This document shows positions 35,501-51,894 of a stretch of 64,000 nt of DNA, piece after piece. Position 1 is the stretch's first letter. Every line of letters begins with the position of its first letter. The notes under the pieces were generated by a model that was not told the origin of the DNA, did not search any database, and saw only the letters and a list, made by a program, of their open reading frames with translations. The DNA lies in the NCBI GenBank assembly GCA_002189035.1, contig NEEC01000012.1, positions 62,001 through 126,000 on the forward strand. The letters run 5' to 3'. A program made the translations under genes and the position numbers. The stretch comes from Utricularia gibba (lineage: Eukaryota; Plantae; Magnoliophyta).

Positions 35501-38500
35501 ATTTTTGCATGATGGCCTCATGCACTTGGCTATAAGGAAACTGATGAGCATTCTGCAGGTTGATGGAAATGTTGTAGTAAATGGTGAAATTCTCAATGGT
35601 GGATTGCAGAGTATGGAGTCTTGTGACTATCAAATGACAGAGAGTGGTATTTCGATCTGTAAACGTACTAAGACTGCATCGTTTAATTGCCCAAGAGGAA
35701 TGGAAGTATAAATTCAATCCTTGTTTTGCATATAATTTTCAGTCTCTGATGGTGAAAATGGAGTTACTGATGAAGACGCAGCGAAGGAATTAGAGCATGC
35801 ATATGTGCAGAACAGTCTAGACAAAGAATTGACTGAGCTAAATAGGCAGCTCGAGAAGAAAGAGGTGCATTATGAATGTTTTCACACTTGCAGTGTGTAG
35901 CTAATTCCTTTTGAGTCAAGGGCGCGTGTTAAGTTGCGCTTGTGATTACTGTGACTTGCAGTCTGAGATGAAGCGGTTCGGTGGGTATGAAGCTCTGGCC
36001 TTGAAACAGCATTTTGGAAAAAAAATTACAGAACTTGAGGAGGAAAAGAGATTAGTGCAGGTGTGGCGTCTAAGTCATCACTCATGATGATGTAATCGCA
36101 TTCTTGTGTTGTTAGAATATCCCTTCACATGTTCATGTTGCAGCAAGAGAGGGATCGACTGCTGGCCGAAATTGAAAATCTCTCAGCTAATTCCGATGGA
36201 CATGCTCATAGAATGCAAGATGTCCACTCGCAGAAACTCAAACATCTTGAAGCACAGGTTCTTCTACTGCTCATCTGACGTGAATAATGAGATCATATTC
36301 GATAACAGGACTAGGAATGAAGTTTTAAAACATGATACATCAGATACAAGAACTTAAGAAGAAGCAAGAGAACCAGGTTCAGTTATTGAAGCAGAAGCAA
36401 AAGAGTGATGATGCAGCTAAAAAGCTGCAGGATGAGATACAGAGCATCAAAGCGCAAAAGGTATATAAAATACTTGTGGTCTTGTAATCGTACGCAAGTT
36501 CTTATATCTTTTTGTTTCATATTCAGGTTCAACTACAGCAGAAGATTAAACAAGAAGCTGAGCAATTTCGACAGTGGAAAGCATCTCGAGAGAAGGAACT
36601 ACTACAGGTGATTTTGCGCTTGAGCTTTCGCAAAAACTAATTGATGGATGGCCATCAGCTGTTGGATGTTAACCTAAAACCTCTATTTTATGCTATCCCT
36701 GCAGTTGAAAAAGGAAGGAAGAAGAAATGAGTATGAAAGGCATAAACTGCAAGCATTGAATCAGCGGCAAAAGATGGTGAATATTGCAGCTCTAAGCTTA
36801 AAAATTTTATCCTGGACGGACACATGATGATGTCCGTACTTGTTCAAGAAAGACTGAGGAATTGATTATTGCCTAACCCCTGCTGCATCTTTTCTTCAGG
36901 TTCTTCAGAGAAAGACCGAGGAAGCAGCAGTTGCTACCAAGAGACTTAAAGAATTACTTGAAGCACGTAAACCGTCAGCTCGTGAAAACTCCAGTATGTA
37001 TCCTTGTTTCCAAATAATCTTTTTGTTTTATTTCGGTCATGCATTAATGTGGTTTTTTTTTTTTTTTTTCCAGTTGTGAGCAATGGAAATGGAACTAACG
37101 GGCAGGTAATCTCTATGCAAAGCATCCCACTTTTTTCATTCATATGAATCTAATAATGCCTCTTGTGTTTTTCAGAACAACGAGAAATCCTTGCAGCGCT
37201 GGATTGATCACGAGCTTGAGGTTTTGGTTAATATTCATGAAGTTCGTTATGAGTATGAGAAGCAAAGTGAAGTGTAAGATTTCATACTTTCAAAGATTTT
37301 TTGCATATCACTTGAAAGATTTTTTGTAAAGTTTCCATTGACTCATCACTAGGCGAGCTGCACTAGCAGAGGAGCTCGCTGTTCTGAAGCAGGTTGACGA
37401 GTTTATGTCAAAAGGTGGTAGCCCTCCTAGTGGAAAAAATGGCTTTTCAAGGTAATCTCATCTCTGTTACGTAAAGAAATGGTGTGATCTAGTCACAGCT
37501 TTCCTCATGGCTGCTACCTCATGTTTCAGATTGTCTTCAATGCCTGCGAATGCAAGAATGGCCAGAATGGCGTCTCTTGAGAATATGCTGAGTATTTCAT
37601 CAAATTCATTAGTTTCCATGGCTTCACAGCTTTCTGAAGCAGAAGAACGGGAGCGTACAGTCAATGCTCGTGGGCGATGGAACCAGCTTCGTTCTATGGG
37701 AGATGCAAAAAATATGCTCCAATACATGTTCAATATTCTTGGCGACACAAGGTATACAATTTAGCCTCATGCATTCTCTTTTCAACCATCTCTGCTGCTT
37801 CAAGACACCAATGGATCACTCTTTTTCTGCATGACCTGAAATCGTATTTGGGCTTGCTACTTGCAGATGCCAACTGTGGGAAAGGGAAGTTGAGATAAAA
37901 GAGATGAAAGAGCAGATGAAGGAATTAGTTGGCCTGCTGCGACAGAGCGAAGTCAGGAGAAGGGAAATCGAGAAGGAGTTAAAATCTAGGGAGCAAGATA
38001 TTGATGCAGCACCGGGCACACCTCCTCCTCCTGTATGAATGTTTTTTTTTTCTTTCCAAGTGGTCTCACTGTTTCTCTGTCTCCTCACTGCTATACCTTC
38101 GTAGGTGAACTCTCACAAACATATTGCCGATGAACTGTGCCCCCCAATGTCTCCGGTTCCGGTACCAGCACAGAAACAACTGAAATATACAGCAGGAATT
38201 GCTAATGGTTCCGTTAGAGAATCAGCTGCATTCATGGACCAAACACGAAAGGTTCTATTATCCCATTAATCTCCATGGCATCATTTTCATTCAACAAAGT
38301 AAAAAGTCCTCTCCAAGTTGCACTAAATGCTCTTCGATTGATCAACTGCAGATGGTCCCCATCTCCCATATGTCGATGAAGAAACTAGCCCTCGTCGGAG
38401 GTGGTGGAAAATTGTGGAGGTGGAAAAGGAGCCATCACCAGTGGCTATTGCAATTCAAATGGAAGTGGCAAAAACCATGGAAACTTTCAGAATGGATTCG

Positions 38501-38579
38501 ACATAGTGACGAAACTATCATGAGGGCTCGGCCTCGCCCCCAGGCTCTCCCAGACGTTATGTACAGAAATGGACACTAG
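32583..38579 (+). CDS. KIN4A: Kinesin-4 family motor (KIN4A/FRA1-like), about 25 exons
   Basis: [23 protein letters not shown]; P-loop [51 protein letters not shown]; long coiled coil; C-terminal [30 protein letters not shown]; GT-AG boundaries followed by eye without a frameshift. Confidence 0.95.
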
Positions 38580-38812
38580 CTCCTGCATCACAATGTAGCT
38601 CCCAACTCAGAGGCACACAAAGTACATGGTAATAAAACCAGGTACATCTCAATGAAACTGCTGTTTCTCTACATGCATTGGAGCAGCATTAACGCTGCAT
38701 TTTTGGGCTCCAATCTGTAGGTAGAGATGGAAGTAGGAGAAGTTTTTGCTAGAGCAGGGTAAAGAAGAAGTAGACATTTTGTGGAGGGTTGTGGATCATC
38801 AGCTCATGCTCA

Positions 38813-38814
<2 letters not shown>

Positions 38815-38844
<30 letters not shown>
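38815..38844 (+). repeat. (CTG)~10 microsatellite in the kinesin 3' UTR
   Basis: Uninterrupted CTG run. Confidence 0.9.
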
Positions 38845-39577
38845 ATGTGCATCCATCCCTCTCCGAAGATAAGTTTGGGATTGCTTACTGCATTCTTTGA
38901 ATCTTTTGTTTCTTTGTGTTGTAGGCTGCTGATTGTATGTATACTGTGTGTTGGTGTAACTGTAAACAATACATATAATGGCTCAAGAAACATTTTGTTT
39001 CTTCCAAAATGAAAAGATAAGATAAAGAAGGGAATATTTTTTCTTTTATTTATTGGGTATGGGCGGAGAAATCCCTTCCGTGGAAGGCATCAGCTTCTGT
39101 GGGTGTAGATATGAACGGGTGGTGGTAGAAATAGAAATGTGGCTTTGTGGTTTGCGTGCGGGCCAGCCCATCTTACCTTTCAAATTACACAAGTATTTGT
39201 AGGAATCAATTCAATCTAGAACTAATTTTTAGAACTAGGGTTTGATTGGTTCTATTTTCCGAAATATATATATATTTTTAACAAACTATAAATTGCTATT
39301 ATGTCGTTTTTTAAAAAAATAATAAGATTTTTTAAAAAAAAAAATCAAAATTGTTTGGAAACGTGTGTATTACAAGATTCAAAGGAGAAGAGAAATTGAA
39401 ATTTAATCTATTAAACTAATCCTAATAAATTAAAAAAAGTAATTTATTTTGTGCACCAATGACGCCGCTGCATTCCACGTCTCTCTTTGTGCACTATTAA
39501 AACCTCCTCCTCCCAGAGGAACTTCAGAACCTCTGCGCCGGCTGCAGCTTCTCCGCCAGTCGCCTTCTTTTCCGGCC

Positions 39578-41749
<2,172 letters not shown>

Positions 41750-42061
41750 AGTGGCTGCTGTGACCTCCCCTCACTTCTGTGAATGTTGATGACTCTGACG
41801 TGGGAACCAGTAACCATTCAAGTCATTTGAATTCCAGTGCTTATGTTTATGGCAAGGTGTTGTTGCAATGTCCTCATTCCCATCTGTACATTTGAACAAC
41901 TAATGCGCGTCTGTTTCAAGTTAACACTTGCGCTACCTTATCGACTACAAATTTAAGCTGAAAATAGTGGAAAGCTGGAGGGCCAAAAAATAAATACATC
42001 CATTCGAGATTTGTTGTGAGTTTCTGCTTGGCGAATGGACGTCGCCCTCTTCTTGTAATTG

Positions 42062-43403
42062 ATGGCCGCTTCCTTTCTCCTCAGACCTCTGCCTTCACTC
42101 CGCCTTCGTTTCAGACAACTTCGCCTACCTACACAAATCCGAGAAGGGTCCTTCTCCGGCCGATTCCTTTGTAGCGCCGCTGACTCAGCTGCGGCGGGCG
42201 GTGATTACCCAAGATCTAATAGTTCAAGTGTTGCACCAAAACCTGTTAAAGAACCCGACTTTTTCACGAGATTGGATGACCCAGAATTCCGGAAATGGAA
42301 AAACAAGGAAGCTGAAATACTCCAGGACGTTGAGCCCATTATTGAGCTCACAAAAGATATTCTCCACTCTAGAAGGTTACCCTCTCTATCTTGGTCGCTT
42401 TTATCTTCAAGTTTCTTTTGTTTTTTATCACTATTTTTTTTTCAAGTTTTTGGTTCATCGATTTAAGTGATTTCTAAATTCCACAATCTGTAAATTGGTT
42501 ATGGATACTTGAAGGTATTGGGTGGTGTTGGATGGCTGTTTGATCCAAGGCAGGAAGCCATTAGCTATAATTTTCTCGTTTGGTGTTGTGTTTTAATAGA
42601 TATCTGGATGGAGAACGTCTCAGCCCAGAAGATGAGAAAGCAGTGTTCGATAAACTCCTTGCCTATCATCCACATTGTGAGGATAAAATTGGCTGTGGGC
42701 TTGACTATATCATGGTGAGATTTACCTTCGAAACTTACTCTTTTGACATAGAACTTGCTCGCTCTACGCTTTTTTCCCTTTTAAGTTTGTGTACTTTACT
42801 CTTGCAATTCAAGAAATCGAAACTAGTCTAGCGCCAAAGCCGACACTTACTCTACTGATTTTGTTTTTTAAGACTTACTTTCACCAAACTAGTAGCTTTA
42901 TGCCCTTTCGAGGTAGTGTTCTCTTCTGATGGCTGCTTATTTGACCTTCTTTCTAAGTAAAAATAGAGGTATGAAGAAGCATGTGCTTTGTGGAAGTTGC
43001 AAATCTTTTTTGCAGAGAGTGTTATTGTTTACTAGCGTTTAAGGCAGTATCTTACACTACTAATGACTGTCCTCTAGACCTCAAATGGACGGACACTAAA
43101 CTTTATAGGCAACTCTCTTGAACATCTTCTGCATATTGACTTCAGGCTTGGCTGCAAACGCATTGAAACACAGCTAACATGATATGGAAACTGTTGGTGC
43201 TGCAAAATGTCTGACTGTTCTTTGCTTCCTGTGTGAAGGTTGATCGACACCCTCAGTTCAAATTCTCAAGATGCTTATTTGTGGTAAGAACTGACGGTGT
43301 ATGGATTGACTTTTCATACCAGAAGTGCTTACGAGCATACATTCGAGCGAGATACCCATCACACGCTGACCAGTTCATAAAACGACACTTCAAACGCAGC
43401 TGA
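42062..43403 (+). CDS. DCL: DCL (defective chloroplasts and leaves)/DUF3223-like plastid protein, 3 exons
   Basis: Transit-peptide-like N-terminus; ILQDVEPI...YLDGERLS...YHPHCEDKIGCGLDYIMVDRHPQF...SRCLFVVRTDG..IDFSYQKC. Confidence 0.85.
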
Positions 43404-44149
43404 ATGTTGAGCATGAGGTATGGATGGATGCTTTCAGTGGGGTAGGATCAGAAATGAAATACCGATCAATGCCTGTATTATTTGCAGCCTTTGATTCTCC
43501 TGGTAGGAGTGTTGCGCCTCGGCATGCCACAAGAAATACCCTTGTGCTGTTTTCTATATTCCTCATGCACTCGGTTGTTCAGATATCTGTGTTTTTTGGT
43601 AGAAAGGTAGCGTTGGCAACACAGTTGTTTCACTGAGGGGCACAAACCAGGTGCAGAGCTCACGAAGGCGAAACTTCGTTGCTCTGCTAACGCCATTGAA
43701 AAAAAACACCTTCAAGCTTGCTAACTCTGCTACACTGCTACTGCTTCTGTTTAGCTTTGGGTGACGACACGAGTAAATGGACCGTGCGTGCAGTTCGGCC
43801 TCAGTAGAGCAGAGCATCATGGGCCAGTGAGCAGTCCCAAATGATGGGCTTATCCATAGATACGGGATTTTTCCTATCAGTTCCAAAAAGCATGGTTTAG
43901 GCCATGGGCATACTAGTTTAACAATAATTATTAGGGGTTTTTTTATTCTTAATCCACTTTTCACAACATTAATTTGAGTTTAAATATGAAGAAAACGGTA
44001 AACAACTGTGATAATCCTGAAAAAAAACATGAAAATCGACAATTCTTTACACACCAAGAAAGCAAATCTATTAAAAATATGGAGAAGGTTTGTAAGAGGT
44101 TACAAAGATTATGATAATAAGAATTTCAGCCATAAGCCAATCTCTTAAC

Positions 44150-44360
44150 CTATCTTCTTTCCATATACTCCAACCATAGGATGATGCTACGAGCTCTTCT
44201 TTCGTAAACATGTCAAATGGACGAGTTTATTGGTCAAATAATAATCTGTTTAAAAGATATTTTAAAAAGTAATAAAGATCCACTTATATGGAATCTTAAC
44301 AACATCATGGCATGCTCAATTTGAATAGTATGTGTTTGAAAATCATTTGTTAAATAACAT
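44150..44360 (-). mobile_element. Possible decayed PIF/Harbinger transposase C-terminal fragment
   Basis: Traces resembling FNLRHA..RNVV and RPFDMFTKEELVA motifs with frameshifts. Confidence 0.3.
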
Positions 44361-46879
44361 TCTATAAAAAATTAATTAGCTAAATAGCACATGTTTTAAA
44401 AGCATTTATCATATTTCAGATCATTGTGCAAAAATGATCAGAATTATTCATTTATTTTGTGGGATTATTATAATAATTTTATATAATTTGAAGTATAAAA
44501 ATAGTTTTATATAACTGGGCACTTATAATAATAGAACATATTATGAAATATACTATATCATTAAATAAAAAGAATTATTATATATGTTTTAATTAGACTA
44601 ACATGTATTTTTTTATCTCAAATATGAAAATATAGTTGGAATGCAAAACAGAAAATAATGCTCATTGAGTAAAATTTTTTGTATTTTTTGTGTCAAAATA
44701 ATATTTAAATAAAATGCATGGTATCTACAATAGTTTGAATAAAAATTATAAATGTATTGAATATGATTTTATTAAATCAGTTATGATTAAAAAAAATTAG
44801 TGACAAATTTTTTATTAATGTTATAGCAATAATACTTTAACATTAAATGTAAACAATTAATATAGATGATATTAATTAGTTTAATATATACTTTCTTATA
44901 TAATGTACTAAAATATAATACGTTAAATTTTATTTTTATTTTTTTATTTAAAAAATATTAAAATACAACACATACTTTGTATTTGTTAGTTTTAAAATAA
45001 AGTAAATTATTATGCATATATAAATATAAGGCATAAATAAAATTAATTAAAAACATTCATAAAAATACTATTTGACAAATGTTTTTAAACATATGCTATA
45101 CAACTAATTGGTTTTTGACATAGTTTTGTTTGACCCATGAGTCCTTAGATGGACATATGCGGGCAACTAGGCTAAATACTTTAACTTTAAAATTTGATTT
45201 TAATTGCATTCTATCTTATTATTGAACAAAATTTTAATCCAAATGCAAAATAACTAAATTTTTTATATAATATTTTGTTTTTAATTATGTATTTATTTTA
45301 CTTTAAATTTTAAAATATATAATTTCTTCATACAAAATTAATATTATATGATACATATATTATAAGTTTGTATGGTTTTGATTTATATTTTGTCAATAAA
45401 TAATTTATTTATTTATTTCAATCACTTAAGTAATATTATAAAAAAAGTATTGAAATCTATTTTTATTCTTTGATAAATAAAATGACTTATTATTATTTTT
45501 AATTTATTAGTTTTGATTTTATAGTGATAAAATGTTAAAGGTAAAATTAAATTATTCACGATTTTTTAATTTTATTTTATTTAAATATATTATTAAACTA
45601 AGAAAAGATATGTTTAATCTTAATTTAAACAAAAGATAAGTTTGAAATAATGTATTTTCTCATATTATATAGTAATTTTTTTATGGATAACATATATGAT
45701 AAACGAAAAAATTGATTTCATCGCAATAAAATCAAATTACGTATCAAATATATTTATAAATGCATAATCTTCACAAAATACAAAGCAAACACAAAATGAA
45801 TAGTGGAAGTTCGAGGTCGATTAAGGAACAAATACTTACTAAGTGTTTTTATCAAATGTAGAATTACAAAAGAAACGTGACTCTTAATCTAAGGGGTCAA
45901 ACTAACATCAACATACAAGATAGAAAATTCGTAGCAAATAACAATGTAAAAGATAAATAAACTTTGATTTTGCACAAAGAGTAATGTGATGCTTTAGGGT
46001 ACTCCGATGATATGATAAACAAATCCTTAATTTTATATGCAATCTCACACTTTCATAACCCCAAATAACCTTAATCTACCAAGGTCATTTGCGATATTTT
46101 TTGCTACCATACACTCTAATATCATTACTCATTTCACACATAGATCTATTAATTTATGAAACATATAAAATTAGATCTATCCAATTCTATTGATTCTATC
46201 CGAGAGTAACACCTATTAAGATTGTCTCAACTTTTTGATCTACCTTCAAGTTGATGATCTAAGTTATACAGCTGATTTGTCTATCCCATAGGTCTACCCG
46301 AGATATAGTAGTACATACAGTAATTTCGTAAAAATCACAATCAAAATAGACATTCATATCACACTATCTTTGTTACTCTAAGACATCTCAAGGATTTAGT
46401 TACTCATAATTTATGTTCTAAGCGAGCTTTCATAAAGATAAACAAAAAATATCATTACAACCATGGTAAGATAAATAGTAATAAAGGCAAAGTCTTCAAT
46501 AAACAAGAATAAAGTAAAATAAGTTTCTTTTTATGTTTATTACTGTTCACGGTCTGAAACAATAACGTTAAATTGGTATTGATATTCAAGATGGTGGCTT
46601 TTCTTTAAAAAAAAAATCATCGTTTTCTCTTCATTCCTTTGTTATTCTGAGCTCCTTATTATGTGTTCTAAATCTATCTTCCTCTTTTTTTTTTCTCTCC
46701 CCAAAAAAGATTTTTTTTCCATTCTCTAAGCAAGTACAATTCTATGATACTACTGTTGATCCTTTTCCTGATTAGCAATCTGCTATGGTGGAAATTCACT
46801 TATCGCCCTCTTCTTGTTATGCTGCTCGATATGTTAAATGGCTGATTACATGAAATTCATATCTTCTCTTCTGTTTTTT

Positions 46880-46900
46880 GGGTTTAGGGTTTAGGGTTTA
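46880..46900 (+). repeat. Three perfect Arabidopsis-type telomere units (GGGTTTA)3
   Basis: Direct sequence. Confidence 0.85.
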
Positions 46901-49900
46901 AATTGAAATTAAAATGTTTTTAATTAAAATTCAAATACGAAGAGATAAAGGAAGTTTTGTGTATATAAATATTATTTCTATAATACCATTTTGTAGGAAA
47001 TTATAAAAAATGAAACTAGAGACAATTGTGATAATTTTCTATAATTTTTTAATATTTTTGAATAATTTTTTAAAAATTTACAATATTTTTGAAAAATGTA
47101 TATTAAATTTTAGTTCTCTTTAAAAATATTTATCTCAAATTTTAAAAATTTTTAAAATAGTTTTTAACTGAAATGACATAAATTGAATTTATTGAAAAAC
47201 TTATTGACTATATTTTGTATAAATTAAAGTGTTTGACTGTAAAATGAAAATATGTAAAACATTGTAACTTAAAAAACGATTTTTCCCAAGAGGTTAATAA
47301 CATAAAATGAGCTAAATTCAAGGATTTAGTCTATTTGCACATAAAATTCATATATTTCTTAAATTTTGGAAACATATTTAAAACTAAAAAATAAACAACT
47401 AAAACATAATTAAAAAGTTATAATTTTCATATCATAAAACTCGAAAATTTATATGTTATCTTAATAATATATTTTGAATATAATTAAATTTTTTAAATAA
47501 AAATATTCAATCTTATCATATTTTCAATATTTAGACATAAAATTTATTTCATTTTTATCATCACTATAAAAATATTATTAAAATCTTATTTATATAAAAA
47601 ATTTCAAAACAATGCATCACATTTTATTATTTATGAAGTATTATTTTCTGCATTTTTATTATGTATTATTGTATACTAAATTAGGATTAAATCATTCAAT
47701 TTAAGAATTAAATTAATAAGTATTTTATTTTATTAAAAAATTTAATTATTATTATTTGTATATATTTTTGTATTTTTTATATAATTTAACTCAATTATGA
47801 CATGAATCAATGTTGGAATGTTGCAGGATATTCGCATGAGACAACACAATGACATTATTGTTTTATTAATAGAATATGCGGTAATTGAGTAAACTTGTAA
47901 AATAAAAAAAAATTAAAATATGTAAGAATTAATTTTAATTAACTAAATAATATATTCGTAATTTCATATATAAATTCATCATATAATTAATTTTAAACCC
48001 ATGTATCAAATGTGTCTTCATGTTAAACTCAAATAAATTAAATCTATCAACCAAACACGAATAATCCTTTAAATTCATGAAATACATTTATCTAAATCTA
48101 AATAAACTAAACCCAAGCTTAATACTTACTCAACAACCAAACATGGCCTAAGTAAATGTATGTGACAAAAGTAAAATGTGAAAGGGAATTGTACATATGC
48201 AGACATTAAAGATTGTCTAACTATATATCATCCCATTCTCGTTTGACTTGAGAGTGCATCGAGAGCCAAGGTCCTTATCTGTCAGCCAGATCAGCAACAA
48301 GACATAAAGACTACAAGCCGACACATTAAAGGAATAGATACGGAAGATCAAACGACATAGACGTTACCCCAATTTGTATAAATACATAGATACACAACTT
48401 ACACAGATTTGTGAAGTATTCCAAGAGCTCCAATAATCAAGCTTCAAGCTCTCGGTCTCTCTTCACAGCATCCCATTCTCCCATTAAGCTTTACATGGTA
48501 TTAGAGCCAACAACCCAGAATGGCAACTGAAACTCTTATCCGAGATCTCCTTGCTGCATTTAAAGCTACAGCAGCTAAAACCTCCTCCTCTACATACACC
48601 GATCTCCCCTCACCCTACAAGGTGCTACCCAATGAAACCAGTGACATCACTCTCACTACTCCTCCTCTCTCTCTTCTCAACTACGCTCAATGGTCCCAAA
48701 ATGTACTTCGCGCACTTTGAATCAGGGGAAAGGAAGCATTTGTCAACAAAGATCTTGAGCAACCCACACCATCAGACCCACTATACAAGCAATGGGAGAG
48801 ATGCAACAATCTGGTCATAGGATGGCTTCATAAATGCATTGAACCGACTATATCCACAACATTGGCACACTGTGAGACAGCTAGAGAGATATGGTTGATA
48901 CTCGAAGAAAGGTTCACACACCCAGATGAATACGACATAGTTGCACATCTGCAACATGAGATAGGAACCCTAGTTCAGGGTAACCTGACAATTGATCTGT
49001 TTTTCAATAAATTAACCACTCTATGGCAGAAATACGATGCATCTCGCCCACCTGGACGCTGCAAGTGTGGGAAGTGTAACGATGCATGCTTCCAACCTCT
49101 CCGAGAGCAGAGAACTAAAGACCTCGTACACAACTTTCTGACCGGCCTCAACTCCGAATACCACTCACTGAGGCAACAATTATTGAATCAGAAACCATTT
49201 CCCAGCATCAATGAGGCCTATCAATCTGCATTTCAGGAGGAAAATCGCCTCAAGAAGCCACTCCTCTCAACTCCAACAGAAGCATCGGCGTTATATAGCA
49301 GGGGGCCTTCACAAACGGAGAACAAAGCATCCATCAACAAAACCTCCGGTAAATATTGTACCAATTGTCGCCGAACCAATCACAACATTGGCCAATGTTG
49401 GAGAATTATCGGCGTTCCCTCTTAGTTCAAGAAAACAGACAGAAAGGGCCAGGGGAATAAGCCGCATACCTTCTACGCTAACGATATAAGTTCTATGCCA
49501 CATGATCAACCCAAGAGCTAGGTGTTGCATATTTATCAGATATCCCCAAGGCATTAAAGGCTATAAATTATTCGACCTGGATAATCATGAAACGTTCATA
49601 TCCAGAAATGTCATATTCCATGAAACCGTTTTTCCCTACTCACCCAGCTTCTCTTCTCATCTTAATGCAGATTACCCATTCAACAAGGGTGAAGATCCCG
49701 TGCAACAGCATGAAGATGTCAATTTTCTTGAGCCAACAATACCAACTGACACAACAATGATGTTGGGCCCCACATTTACCAGCCCGACAACTCAGCCCGA
49801 CTTGGGGAGAACTCATGATGCTAAAATTACAAACGGAAGCCCAGAATGCAGAAATGATCAACCACCTGACATGGAGACCGCACATGAAGAACCTCCAATG

Positions 49901-50022
49901 ATCGAAATCCCAGAGCCAGAAATCTCAGAAAATACAACCGATGACTCTAGATCTCAACGGAACAAGCGACTCACTGCTTATCTCAACGTCTACTCACATA
50001 CCTTAAGAGACCCACGAGCAAA

Positions 50023-50618
50023 TGATGAGATCATGGATGCTACAGATTATTTCAATAAAGATAAATGACACAAGATCAATAATCCTCCATTAATTTCAGT
50101 TGAGCCAATCACTAGATCAAGAGCAAGAAAGAATCAATAAGTGCTTAAGAGCTTATGGGCCAATCAACCAAGCTATGAGGTGTTTGGCATGGAATTCAAC
50201 CTTGTTAAAATGGACCAACTTGATTAGAGGAGGCCCATTAGTTTCAAATACATTATTACTACTTTTTTTTTGAGGAGGCTCAATCCTTCATCTATATAAG
50301 AAGGGTCTTACTCTTGTTTTGGATAACTTTGATTGTAATAACTTTTTAGAGCAATTCTACTTCATTGAGTTCTTGTAGAACTTAGACTTATCAAGCATTG
50401 CTTGTGGTGTCTAGTGTGTGGTTTATCACTCCCGATTCCTTCCTTGATTCTATGAGTGTACCATTTTATAGTTTGGGTTGCAAGGATCTTTCAATCCTTG
50501 AAGGCCAACTTCTTTTCCTTGAGAGATTGCTTCTTTTCAACCAAGATCTGGTTTACCAATCACTTGTTGATTGCCAGGTGGTGTTAGAGCCAATCTTTCT
50601 ATTATTCATATCCTATCT
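50023..50618 (+). repeat. CRM-type gypsy LTR, copy 1 (no PBS follows)
   Basis: Starts TGATGAGATCATGG; near-identical along its length to 53340-53896; followed directly by copia RT motif PIGCKWVYKV. Confidence 0.82.
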
Positions 50619-51169
50619 AGCCTATTGGATGTAAGTGGGTTTATAAGGTTCCAAGATATGAAACTTCTAGATTCAGCTCCATCGCTTACCCCACTACCAC
50701 GCAACTTCAAGTTTGCTCCACTTGGAGAGGGAGATATATTGGAAGAAACTGCATATCGAAAGTGATGTAAATAAGGGAGAGGAATTTGCCAACAATTGGT
50801 GAGTAATATTGTGTTTCACCAGCATGAACCCAAAATTACACAAAAGGGAACAGCAACAAGGCTGTGACGCACAAAGACAGCAAGGGAACTGTCCAAATGT
50901 CACTACAACGGAGGTTATCACAAAAACGCAAGCCTGGGACTCGGCTGCAACAATAACCCCGATAGCTGAAACACCGTACCTGCAACACCAAGTAACTCAA
51001 GTAGGCAATCTAGGCTTCAAACACAGAGTAAGGAAGCATAAGGAAGGAGAACGAATTAGCAACCAGAAAGGTCAAAAATTGCTTCCATTCTTGCTGCTGT
51101 TGTATTTCACATGCTTCATGGGCCCTCGTTGTTTATAGGCCCAAGGAGTGGTTCCTGGACTAACCCACT

Positions 51170-51890
51170 TGCATCAGAAAGCTAGTAGGACGTTTATTCA
51201 ATCTTGGTTTTACTAGGCCTGATTTGGCCTATGTCACTCAACAATTAAGTCAGTTTCTTCAACATCCTACTTCAAACCAATGGAAAATTGCAAAGAGGGT
51301 TGTACGTTATCTTAATGGCACCTTGATGCGAGGTTTGTTCTTTCCCAAGTATGGTGATTTACATTTGGAAGCTTATTGTGATGCAGATTGGGGTGCATGT
51401 AGTACCACTCGACGATCTATATCCGATTATTGTGTATTTTTGGGGCATTCACTTATCTCTTGGTGTGCCAAAAAGCAAAATGTGGTTGCTAAATCCTCTG
51501 CTGAAGCAGAATACAAGAGCATGTCTCTCACTACAAGTGAATTGCGGTGGATTAGTTATTTGCTTCAAGAAATGCATGTGCCCTTAATCACACCAATACC
51601 CTTGTGGTGTGATAACCAAGCAGCTATTCACATTGCTTCTAATCCGGTATTCCATGAGCGAACAAAGCACATTGAGATTGATTGCCACAATGTTCGAGAA
51701 CAACAACGAAAAGGTTTTTTGAGTTGCAGATTTGTTTCCTCTTCTTGTAGCTTGCTTACTTGTTCACAAAAGATTTGAGCACTACACACTTTCTCAATAT
51801 GATTGGCAAGCTGGGATTATGTGATGTCTCCCAATTCCAACTTGAGGGGCGTGTGTTGAATTACAAAGACATGAATGAGGATGAACGCGT
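51170..51890 (+). mobile_element. RT C-terminus/RNase H, PPT and LTR start of a second copia family
   Basis: TRPDLAYVTQQLSQF, AYCDADWG, SSAEAEY, CDNQAA, HERTKHIEIDCH; GAGGGGCG followed by TGTTGAATTAC, which differs from the outer LTR start TGTCAGCC. Confidence 0.8.
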
Positions 51891-51894
51891 GTTG

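Noticed and set aside
38746-39012. ORFs with poly-Cys or poly-Gln
   Set aside because: Translations of the CTG microsatellite in the kinesin 3' UTR.
45780-46560. Possible old LTR relic in the AT-rich desert
   Set aside because: No TG...CA pair, PBS, PPT or TSD could be defined.
48134-48152. Tourist/PIF-like TIR (CAACCAAACATGGCCTAA)
   Set aside because: No matching partner terminus found by eye.
50809-51138. 109-aa ORF inside the copia shell
   Set aside because: Lies in an inverted non-coding LTR-like block; no protein motif.
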